This document shows positions 49,027 to 60,992 of a stretch of DNA of 64,000 bases, in pieces. The stretch is from Ginglymostoma cirratum (lineage: Eukaryota): contig JAHRHZ010000023.1 in NCBI GenBank assembly GCA_024137785.1, forward strand, positions 42,799,939-42,863,938, given 5' to 3'. The position numbers and the translations under genes were made by a program. A model generated the notes under the pieces. That model did not search any database, was not told where the DNA came from, and saw nothing but the letters and a program-made list of their open reading frames with translations. Numbering within the stretch: the first letter of the stretch is position 1; every line of letters starts with the position of its first letter.

Positions 49027-52000
49027 TAGCTTATTCCACACAGAAATTGCGCTCCACAAGTCCTTAACACACAAGCCAGTTTTATAGGGAGGCCTTTGCT
49101 GACATATGTTACTTTATCTCTGAGAACCTGAAAGCTACATTAAAAATACAGAATTGCATTCAGCATCTCGATTGCAAGGTTGGTCATGCAATGAGACGTT
49201 ATTTTCCAGGAATGCATTTTCAACCGTTTAATAAAAAGATGGCGAACTATATTGGAAGGGAAATGTCAACTTGGAGTACACCCCCCCCCTCCTCCAGTTA
49301 CAATGACATAATGCATTCATTATAAAGACAGGTAGATCTCAGAAGGTCCGCGATTGTAATGGTGTCTCCAAGGGAATTCTGACCCAAGGTGGTTTAGTGT
49401 TCTAAAGCGGGCGCGAACATCAATTGTGGGGCTAGAGTTGCGTCGTTCTTTAGTCAGTAGCACTACAATTCTGGGAGTAGAGTGGACCCAAGATCAGTGT
49501 CTCCTCCACCTTACGGCAGCATTGAGGAAATTGAGCCCATCAGTCATTTCTAAAACGTGTACAAGTCACGGCTACTAGTGAGCTTTGTTGGATCACCTTT
49601 GTGTTTTGGGCCGTGCTAGTGAAGTCAGATAAACAATAAGCCAGAAAAATGCATGCCTCTTTATATCCCTATGTCGCCTGAGAACCATTAACGTGAAAGT
49701 CAGGGGCCGAGAGAAGCCAGTATTTAGCCAATTCTTTAGGTAAAGAAAATACCTCGCTGATAGCTACATGTGGGCCACTTTCTATGTTTGTGCAGCGAGT
49801 TGTCTTTGGCGTAAAGCAGACAATTATTTGCAATTAATTCCACTTTAAATCCGGATTTGCAGAACCTTTTTTTGTGCAAAAAAGATAGGTGGGGGTGGGA
49901 GCGGCATCAGGAGGATAAAGCTAAGCGGAGTCTTTTCGGGATGAGAACGTTCATTTCCGCCATGAGATTAAAAACAGCCCGGGATCAATGTGTGAATTCA
50001 CTGCAAATCGGTACTCGTGTTTCCAAGAGTCATTGGCTAAAGTAGGAAGCTAGCTTCATCGGTTTTGTTTTGCGAGCCAGCAATGTGCCAAAAAGAAAAA
50101 AAATTCTTAAACTGACTTTGTCGAAACACTTTGCCCCTGTATTCTCACAAGTGCTTTTATACAAGTGTGAGTTTATACAAAGTTTCTTAAAACACCCTCA
50201 GCACAAATTCTACCAACTGTCCCATTTACTGTACAGCACGTTACTCAGAATGGTCGGGTTCTGATTGCCAATAACATGAACTATGTGTCCTATTAAACTC
50301 CAGACAGTGCAAATATATCGTAAGTTTCTCCGTGTAGAACGCTATCATTTTCTTCATGGAATTTTCCCTTCCTGTCACAACTTTTAATGACATTTCTATA
50401 GAATGACTGAAGCCCTTTACAGAATTCAATCCCCACAGGAAACTGCAAACAGTTTAGCATCCACATTTCATTTTAACGCTTGCATGAGTACGACAAGTTG
50501 AGAGCGAATCGAGATCTGGGTGGAATTTCCCCCAATCTGGCCTGAGTGGGTTTGTGGAGAGGGAAAGTACGGGTGGGGGGTGGGATTGGTATTTGAGCGC
50601 CTCGGCAACTCATCTGAACGCAAACATGTTCTAATAAAAAGAAACGGGCTGCGGCATTAGTCAGAGAGCGAGACTCGAGGTATAAGCAACAGGCTTGCAG
50701 GGATCCGGCACACCCCTCCTAAATCCCAGGGCCCGCCAGTGCATTTCTGCTGGACTTGGTACAAACCCTTGAATTTTCAATCCTATCGGCCTATCGCTGA
50801 CACAGCTCGACCCAACAACCCCTCATTAGATAAAGAAATCCAATTCCACTATATTCACCGCCATACAATGACACACACAGCCCCATCACATTCTCTAATG
50901 ATAAGTCTAAAAGAGTGAGATCAGGTTGGTATAAGTTACCGGTGTTGGGGTCCGAAGCCTCCATTCCTCGTCTACACGTTGACTTTCTTTCTCTGAGTTG
51001 AGATAGCGACGAAGCAGCTGTCGTATACCGAGCGCACCTTTCTCCCCCTCTCTCTACTCAAGGATCATAAATCAACTTTGACTCAAGAGAAGCATCGTTC
51101 TCGACAGCCGGGGATGGACTGATTCGGAAACATTTTGTTTTAAAGTTGAGCTGAGGAGACGGGAGGGTGGGGGCGGGCGGGGAGGGGGGGTGCTCTCTAA
51201 GGTTGAACACAAGCGCCCAAGGATCTGCAGTGCACCCTGATCAGGGCGACCTGGGGACCTGGCTAAAAGCAGATTTCACGCCACATGCTCCGCTCCATCA
51301 TGGGAAACGCGAGCCTGCTTCTGAAATCGGAAAGCAAACAAGCTCCCTCAGAGCCCCCGGCTTCCCATCATTGTTAATTGACAGCGAGTGCTGGACAACA
51401 CCAGCTTTTTACAGTGCCTGCCCCGAGTGCAAATCCTGACTTGAGTTATAGGGCTTGTTAGAACATGCAAGCGAAAACCTTATTCACCCACTGTAAGCAT
51501 TTTATATTCAGAGCACAGGATCTCTTTTTGTATCCTTGTTACTTTGAAAGTCTCTAGACTTCCACCTCGAAATATAACAAACAGCAGATTGTCCCCTAGT
51601 GGGTTCGAGTCCCTGTGATCATTTCATCCAGATTTAGTGTTTGTGTGCTTTTTTCTGACACTTTAGCCAGCAGCTGTGGGGCTAAGAGAACATCGCTCAG
51701 TTTCTGAGGGCAGCCATAGGAGGTGCTGAAACTGACTCGAAATTGACGGAGTCGCTTGTTGGCGGGAAATGGGCGCAACTCGGTCTCATTCGGCAGTGAC
51801 TACTGCCACAAGGTGTCGAGGTACCTTGCTTGAACGCCAGACTCATCCACAGACTTGAAGACGGACCGAGGAGTGAATAGTCTCATAACATAGAGGGAAG
51901 ATGCGACTCAGGCAGCGGTTTACTTACATTAAACTGCTAATGTCAAAAACAACTTTTAAACAAAATCTTCCCTTAAAATCATCGACCAAAGTTGGCCCCC

Positions 52001-55000
52001 ACACAAAAAAAACTTAAAACAGAATTGTAATCCAAGGCCGTGTTACACTGATATATAATGCATGGAGTTTGAAACGGCGTGGTAAAGTTTCAACGTGACA
52101 AAAAAAGCAAACCCATTTTCTTGAGTATTTATTATTTCCTCCACGCTGTCTCCGTCTGCGAGCGTATGATTTATTATCAAGAATAAAAGGAACTTTGCAT
52201 GCTGGTACAAAACTGTGCCTCATCTGTTTAGTAATGACTGCCCGATATCAGCTATCCCTGAGAATGAATCATGTCGGGTTAGTGAAAACGGAGTAAAGAG
52301 AGAATGGAAGCGGGGAGCAAGCCAGAGAGAGAAGTGACGAGACAGGGGACGGTATGAAGCGGCTCTGGATATTTCACGGACTGGGAGAATAAAAAGGGAG
52401 CAGGGAGACAGAGATTAATTGAACGGCCTGCTAAATGTGAAAAAAAAATGAGAATAAAGCAAGAGATCACGTTCGATCATACGGCACAGAAGTAGCAAGG
52501 GCGACTTTAGTCACGTTCTTTATTTTTTTTGCTCGCTTTACTTGTTTTAGGATTCGTTTTAAGTCTTTGCCACTTGTATAGCTCGCAAATCACCGCCTCG
52601 AACCCCTTTCTCTTTATATGTTAAAAAAAATCGCGACTTTCCGGGAGAACCAGTTCAGCATTTTTCTTCTAAACAGAGTAGCGTTTCCTGAAGTACATCT
52701 ATGTCTGGTATGTCTACCCCACCCCCACCTCTCAGTCCTGCTGGATGTCTGCATAAGGACACTCCAAAATGCAGCATACCATTTTTTAAAAAATGTATAC
52801 AATATATAAAGGGGAGAGTGTGATTCCTAATATAAAGCCCACAACTCACTCTGCAGACAAATGTGGTCAGTATTTACGACACGGTGACATTGGCTCAAAC
52901 AAACTTAACAATCCTGTACTTATTTCTCGGCCTCTCCAGCGCCAGTACAATTTACCTACATTAAGTCCGGTTACCTGGTGATCCATTTAATTGTACTTAA
53001 TATCACCACATTGTGCAGGGCAGTGTAGCACTGACATCTATGACCCGAGGTGATCCTAGCTCTTTTGATGTCACGGAAATCGATCTATATTTAAATTAAT
53101 CCCATAAAAGGAAAATTGAATGTGTGCAGAATTCAAGTCACCATGCAAGTATGTGGAACGCGTATATTTTTGTTTCTTGTGGATTTGATTAATTAACTCT
53201 TCTTTTGATTTTTTTAAATGGTTGCATATTTTCCTCTCGATTTAAAGGAAAGGATACCGCATAGTTCCAGTAAATATAGACTCCTAACTTGTGTTAGCGC
53301 GTAATCACTATTTGAACTGGCTTGCAGCTGAACAAATATTCGGGGCAAGAAAAAAATATACATTTAGGAGTCGATATATTATTATTCTTATTGGAGAGGT
53401 GCTCCACATTCAACTGTAGATATTTTACAAAAAGAGCTTAGTATTGCTGCCTGGTCGTTGTTAGATGTTGTCTACATATTGTCACCCAATCACTGCTTTC
53501 TCTTTATTTCGTTTATTAAATCTGCTGTAAGTAACCAGGTTGCAATTTTGACCATAATATATTCTATTTTCTACATTTACATTTTTTTTGTCAAGTCGAT
53601 AACTAATTTACTTAGACAGCAAAAGCAATCAGAGATTGTCAGAGTGAGGGAGGCGGAAGGGAAAATAAACAGTTTCTATGGAAGATGCTGATACGATTAA
53701 CCTCTACCCTGATTTGAACCAGTAGCTGGGCATGAAGTCTATAGCATTCCCAGTAAAATAAGAATTGAGTTGACAGTTATTGTGTAAATAATAGGAATTG
53801 ATGCTGTTAATGCTTATATGAAATATCAAATCTGATTTTGACGCACAGATTCGAAGGTAAATCGGCTTATTATTTAAGTATACTACTTTCATCTGAATAA
53901 CTTAATACAAAAATGTGCAAAAAGAAAAATTAGGGATTAGTCTTGACCTGAAACCTGATGACTTCAGATTTCAGGGTAATCTGTTAAATACCACTGTCGA
54001 ACACCGATTGCAAAGGTTTTTGTTTTGGAATATCAATCCTGCAGTGTCGTCATAAAACTCTCTCAGCTCATCAACAGAAAGTGGGAATAAACAGGATTCT
54101 CCTACTCTGTTAACACTGACGCTAGAATTGAGGCTTTCCATAATTAGTCGAGACTAGGGGCCTTATTAGAACTACCTCTGATATAATAGGATTTAAAGAT
54201 GTCTGGTGGCCGAGGATGATCAGGATCTGCCTGTATAGTATGAAAACGCTAATAGTGATCGTACAAGTAGAGACTAATACTGATTAGACGGTAGCAGTGT
54301 TCAACTATAATGCAAAAGCTGACAGTAGTGGGGACGCAATTTGAGATTGGGGACAGAATGAATGCAGTGTTTCTGCTTAATGCTTTAATCATGCCAAATG
54401 TTCGTGAGAAAAGAAAAGGTGCGTTTTGAATAATTTAATGATTATGAAGTCGTCAGGCAGATAGAAAATTGATTTTTAAAGCGTTCTGGGACTTGGTAAA
54501 GATCTGGAACGCCTAGCTAGCCTTCAGCTCCGCGTTCAGAACATTTCTTTTAGATTGTCCCAGAGCGCGAATCAAACCCAGTGACCCATATCACAAAAGG
54601 ACAGAGGCAGAGGACACAAGTGGTCGAGTTTTCCATTTGAAACTCCTTGGAGAATATTTGACAAGAGTTGAAGGGGAAGGAGGATTGTGAGTGATCAAAA
54701 ATAAGGAGGTGTGTACATCACTTGGTTCCCCGAGCTCTGAGGGGACGAGTGGAAATGTTTAACACGAACTTGTAGCAAGTTTCGCCAACTTGACTCTTTA
54801 TTTAATAAAGAAAATGTTAGAATTCCTGACCGATTTCCAATAGTTTAGACGCGATTAATAAAGCGTAGAGTATGTTAATACTGTTCTACGCGAATGCTGC
54901 TTTCAATTCATTGCAACTATCTTTGATAGGTTAATGCTGAACTCTTAATAAGCACATTGTGCCCGGGTCTGCTTTGTTCCAACTGACCTGACCAAATCCT

Positions 55001-55379
55001 TTTACTTTCTGCTGTTTTAATTTGAGTTCTAAGCATTCTAATTACAGAGAGACCGACCATTAAGACTGGTTGATTTAAACTTGTCAAACTGACCTGAAAT
55101 TTGACAGCCTGCAGTTGGGAAACAGATCTCTCTCTCTCTCCCTGAACATGCGGATAAAAAGCAGGGACTCATATACATAAGGTGGTAATTGTGAATTCGC
55201 TGATCGCTGGTCATATAGAAGGGTAGTGGCTGCAAACGCTTTTTAAAAAAAGCTTCATTATTCACTTTCCTGTATTTTGAAAATCAACTAAGCTTTTTGC
55301 TTCGCTAGTAACTGCTCCCTGTGTTCAGGCTTCAGTGCGTCCAGATTGCTCCAGCTGGAGAGGGGGGTTAAACTCAGAT

Positions 55380-58320
55380 ATTCACATTGTTCTTGGCCGG
55401 GACCGGGCAGTTTTTTAAAAATCCGAAACGGTGTTCCCCGCGGTAGTCTGAGGGAGGCTTTACGAGGAATGGGTCGGCTCCCGTTTTCTTGTTCAAGCTT
55501 TTGAATTAAAAAGTGAAGTTGCCTTAGGTCGTGACGAGTTCTTTTAAAAGGAGGAAGTTATTGGGGAATAAAAGGCTGGGCAGACACACTGCAAGACATA
55601 CACCCTGCTTCTCCGAAGGAGCATTGCCCAAGATTATAGCTCACCCCAAACTCGGCCGTTTCAATCTTTATGACAGACAGCGGGGATCTAGGGTCAGCAT
55701 CGATCTGCAACTATATGCTACACGTCTTTCTATAACCCCCCAACCCCATCCCTCTGAAAACTGTCCGGCTTTAAACATTGTTCCCAGCTGAAGGATGGAG
55801 CGTCGAATGTAATTTTTGTTGCTGCTTTCCCAAAGCACAGTCAAGCTTCAGTGAGCACTGGCTCAGCTCCAAACTCAGCAAAAGCTAGACGGGGGGGAGG
55901 GCGAAGCATAACTGTTAGAAACAGGCAGCCCAACTCTCACGTCTAACAAAGCGATCTGCGCCAAGAATTTTTTTGGAAAAAAAAGGATGTTGGATTTGCA
56001 TTGGACTAGGAACGCTTGCACAACGCGTGTAGGTTTCGCGTGAGGGAGTTTTACACGCAATATTTTCAACACACACAAATAACGTTATTTTTTGTTTAAA
56101 GAGAAACACTCTTTGTTTCTCGTAACTGGAAAGTCTGAGCTTTCTTGCATACAGTCTGAGCCAGTTTATACAGCCCGCTGCAGTGATCACCCGAGCCGAA
56201 TGGAGACTGTACACAGTCAGATATCTGGCTGCAATTCTCTGCAGACTGCCGAAACATAGCAACAACGATCGCAAAACAACACAGCGAGTTACTTACTGGG
56301 ACGCGAGCGCTGTAAATTCGTGGCACACATGAACAGACAAGAGGAAAGTTTAACAGCAAAACGCAACCGCGATTAGGAAGGAATAAACTGGTGAGGGGTT
56401 TTTTTTTGGAAAATTCCCCTCTCATGTTTTTGTTTTGGCTTTTCTTACGCAAAGCTCCAGATCGGAGCAGTGGGATCTGCGGTAGCAATGGAGCTGGGTA
56501 AGAGGACTGCTGCTCTATCTCTCTCCCTCCCTCTCCCCCGGGGGCTTCTGGTGTCACTCCCAGGCGGCTCTGGAGCACCGCTTCACCCCAATCAATGTAG
56601 TCACCTTCCTCAACAACCACCTCCCCCCAACCTTCCCCCGGGGGAAGGGTGGCTTCGCAAATCCACTCTGAAAACAGCATTCCTTTTTCCTTCAAGCGAC
56701 GCTTTTTCTTACACACATACACACACACACACACTCCTCTTTCAATCTTCAAACTCTTGCAATTTCATTTCTAGCCCTGTCCAGTTTAATATGAATCCCC
56801 CCAAAAAGCAAAAAAAAGGTCTATTTCTAATTACTTAAACGTCCGACTAAACTCTGCCTAATATTGTCAGCCGAGCGATTGATATTGCTAAGGAGGTGAA
56901 TGGCTGATTCTTGGGGGTCAGGATTTCTATCTGACAGGGGATATAGATATATATATTTTTTAAAAAAACAATTACTTTGTAAGTGTGCTTGGTTGGATTT
57001 TTTTAAACAGAGGGTTCAGGTGGTCCATACTTTGTTCAAAGGCGAGCAGACTAGCTCCAATCTAGTTTTTTTTTGTCGCCTCTAATGTGGAATGATCTCT
57101 GAACTAAACCGCCTTTGACGAGTGTCCTTGTTTCCATCAAACCGACACTGCAAAACCGAAAAGCAAACAGGAATAGAGACGGCAATCTGTCACAGGCTGG
57201 TAACTCAGTGGATCCTCTATTGTCAGCACCCCCCCCCCCCCCCACTACAAGGTGAAAAATGACACGAATCGCAAACAGACGTGTCGCCCTCCCCTCCCTC
57301 TCGCAGTGGCTGGAGGCCCTGCTTGCATAGTAATGTAGAATTATGATGATCAACGCCTCTATCAAGGCTGTTTGGAATCATTTGGCGGACGGGTTTGTTG
57401 CTAAATCAACATAACTGAATGAATGTGGGTTAAGCGGGGGTGGGGGGGGTGGAGGTAGGAGGGTGTAGGTCCCGAGCGAAGCGGCCCTTCTTTGTCCTTG
57501 GTTTATTAAAGCTGGCCCGTCACCCTCTCCACCACTTACCCCCCTCACCAAAACACACATACACACACACACCCGGCGTAACTGAGAGGAACCAGTCGTC
57601 AAACCTGGTGAGTGATGCCTCTCTGAATATCTCCCTACATTTTACCCGGCCTTGGGCTCTCCAATCTCCGCGGTTTTTCAGAGTCTGGCCACACACCTAC
57701 AGCTTGGTAGGGCCTGCCGCTTCAGGCAAGACCGATCCTCACGTTACTTCCCTCCTGATCCACGTTAATCCCCTAGGGTTCAATTGTTTAAACCCCCTTC
57801 CGCCCCACCCTCGCTTATCCAGGAATAACGCCAACAGCAATGTTCCGCTTCTTCGTTAAATCAGTGCAGGAGGTAAAAAAGATTTAATCTCAGAACACCA
57901 CGACACCCGGAGTGATAATCCCCTCTCCCATCCCCCGCCATCTGCACCGACTGCCTCGCCAGAAACCAGAAGTTTCATTTCTGATTGCACAACATTTATT
58001 TCTGAACGGGGGGGAAGATGGCAGCGCCGAGTCGAATCTGATGGCGAATGGATACTTATGATCAACCGACGCGAGAATTTGGGGTTGGGTGGGTGGGGAG
58101 TGGGAATTGGAATCATAAAGGGGAGCAGCGGGACCCCCCGATTGTTTTGGGCGTCCCCGCTTTAAGAGTGGGAGGTGATTGCCTGAGACTCTGGGTGTTT
58201 TTGTGTGAATGTTTCTGAGCGCTGGCTGTTCATCCGTCTCCAAACCCTCCCTCACGAAAGCAGGGATCAGGAGGGTCGAGGACGTTATTTGAACCGTCAT
58301 ATATTTCCAGCCTTTTTTTT
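55380..58320. promoter_or_regulatory. Distal CpG/GC-rich promoter-like island
   Basis: Dense CpG with G/C tracts and GA/CA runs. Consensus splice donors on both strands: minus CCCA|gtaagt at 56297, plus CTG|gtgagt near 57607. Confidence 0.5.
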
Positions 58321-59448
58321 CACACGAACCGATTCTACGAGTTCAGATTTCCCAGATTCCTACTTAGCAAAAGGCGAGATTTATATACATATAAATACAT
58401 CTGGGAAATCTTATTTATCTCAACAAAGATATCGTCGTCTTTTGTTTGTTGGCAGTGAAAGGTAGGGAGGGGGAAGGGCGGAGAGAGAGAAGGAAAATGT
58501 GTATGTGGGGGTGGGGGCTGCTGGGGTTTTGCTTCTATTGTCTGCAGCCATCAAACGTGTTCTGGTCAGATTAAATATGACCTCTCTTTTGAATAGGCCG
58601 GCTACACAGTACTGTATAAGCAAGTTCCTTCAATGTTACTAGCTTGTTGTTTTTCAGCTTGAGCGAGTCGTTGCAATGGAGAATTTGCTGATACGTTTCT
58701 CAAGGGCATCGTGGAGATTTATTTTTCAATCTCAACATGAACACACGAGCAAGACAGATCAAGCTAATCTCCTCCCAGCCCCTCTTGCTCCCCGCTCCTC
58801 TTCTTATTGGCAAAAAAAGGGTAAGTGCTGACTTTCTTCATAACTGGAAAGGGAAAAGAAGTTTTTTTGGCTTTTTTTCATAAAGTAGGGGACGTCGGAG
58901 CAAATTAAACAGCTTTAATATGCTTTGAGCAGACAGTCTACGCGTTCCTTTATAACCCCCGTCATCAAATCGATCGCCTGTCTGTATTCAAGATACATAC
59001 GGGACTAGTTTGATGTTTTATACTGTCTCAGCGCTGAGCCACTTTCTGGTTTAGACATATTGATAGATATCTTCAGATTGCCTTGTGTTTTTTTTTCTCA
59101 AGTGATATTCCTAGGGAAAAGCTAGCCCAATGCAGCTTGAATGTAACCAGAATATTTTTCTGTCTCTGAACCCTGAGTTCTCGCTGTCTTTCTCTCTCCC
59201 CCCGCGGATTTACTGGAGGGAGAGGTCACCCGCAGCTACATTTATATCTCAAAGCTGATTGACACTGACGTCTGGGGAATTAAGGAATAGAGTTGCAGTT
59301 TGGGCGTTTTCTTAATCAACTGGAGGGAACGGCAGACAGATGAGAACAGAAAGGACGCCGATGCAGAGTTGGCTGTCCTGCGGGAGAGGAAAGGATGGGA
59401 AGCGGGGATTCAGGATCTGGCGAAGCACCGTTCCTCCCCCCAACCCGC

Positions 59449-59474
59449 CAACACACACACACACACACACACAC
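59449..59474. repeat. (CA)n microsatellite
   Basis: Pure CA run. Confidence 0.9.
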
Positions 59475-60797
59475 AGATGAATGGCAGACCCACTCACCAG
59501 CAGTGACTGCGAATTCGATGCCAAGTGGAAAGCAAAGACTACATTAGGATCCGCTCTTACTTGCACATTTTTCATCTCGCGAAATAAAACAGTTCAGAAG
59601 AGGAATTTCACAGTTACATAAAGGCCCAGAATCAGAGTCAGGTTTCTGTAAATCATTATAACGTTTGTAATAATTGCGATTCCCTATTTGCATAAATATA
59701 ACAAGGCTGGTCTATTTGAGTTATGAAATCGCTGATAATTTCCTTCATATCATTCAGAAAACAGAATCATTTGCAGAATATGCGATTTTGTGGCCAACTG
59801 TTTAGGGAGTGATCAGAATGTGACGATATTAAAGCTGTCGTTTTTATCCACTAATAATCACAGAATGTAGCTGTTTCGGTGTGAGCACTCGAAGCGAGGT
59901 GACCACTGTCGCACGGTTAAAAACATGTCTCTTTCACTCACTGTAGGCCACGCACTAATGGCGCTGAAGGCAGCGGCCCTTTCGGCGTTGGGAATGTGAC
60001 GACAGCCGAAATAAAATGGTGAATTTTAATTTTCCAACTGGGAGCTGAAGAGGCCGTTTGAGCACGGGAGTGGTTTCCTCAGGAGTGCAGTTAATGGGGA
60101 CTCGTCCCTGCGAAAGGTAGGCGCTATGAGAGAGCATGCAAGGGCTGTGTGTATTGACTGGTGTGTTTGTGTGACAGCACGACATAAATAAATCGAAAGT
60201 AAAAATGAAAAGAGCCAAGGGGTTGACCAGCTGAGATCTAGATCTATAACTCTTGGTCGTAAAAATAGTTTCATTCAGGCATGAAGCGAGTTTGTAAGAT
60301 TGCAATATGATATATAGATTCAAAACCCTTTCGAAATACTTAAAGGAATGATCCTTCACCACCCGACTGAAACAGAAGTGAGCAGTGAGCACAGCGTAGG
60401 TGCTGGAGATGCCTTGACTGGCTATGGATTTTCACTGGTTGTCAAACTGGATTTAAAAACGGTCAAACATTCGGCACTGCAATTACAAAGCAGGAGGGGG
60501 CATAGTTCGCTGGGGTGTTGGTCCCTTGATAGGAGAGCAGGAGCGATTGCTATCAAGCCCCGTGTCGACAGCAGTGTTTCAGGTGTATGGAGTAATTCAA
60601 ATGAGCACGGAGTGGGGTTGTCCCCGGTGTGGGAACCACTGACGGTAGCAATAAATTCCCTCAATCGTTGTTTCCCTTTAGAGAAAAACACTTCTACATT
60701 GTCCATTTACTGTGATTCCCCCCCCACCCTCCGCCAACCCCCACAATTAAACATTATCAAACATTGGCTGCAATTAGCAGACTTCCACTTGCCAACT

Positions 60798-60992
60798 AAA
60801 AACCGAAAGAACTGCGGATGCTGTAAATCAGAACCAGAAACAGAAGTTACTGGAAAAGCTCAGCAGGTCTGGCAGCATCTTGTGAAGAAAAATCAGAGGA
60901 CAGGTCACCGGACCCGAAACATTCACTCTGATTTTACTTCACTGATGCTGCTAGACCTGCTCAGCTTTTCCAGCAACTTCTGATTTTGTTCT
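60798..60992. mobile_element. Fold-back short element, second Penelope-pLTR-like family
   Basis: Arms cagaagttactggaaaagctcagcaggtctggcagcatc / gatgctgctagacctgctcagcttttccagcaacttctg. The centre has ggacccgaaacatt. Similar to 48800-49026. Confidence 0.7.

Noticed and set aside
53947-53975. Hairpin cctgaaacctga-tgact-tcagatttcagg containing CTGATGA
   Set aside because: No downstream stem II plus GAAA in hammerhead geometry, and too short for a pre-miRNA.
54200-54290. Possible C/D-box snoRNA
   Set aside because: No intact RUGAUGA box C or terminal stem.
60348-60983. 211-aa plus-strand ORF
   Set aside because: No recognisable domain or splice context, and the last third runs through a fold-back repeat.
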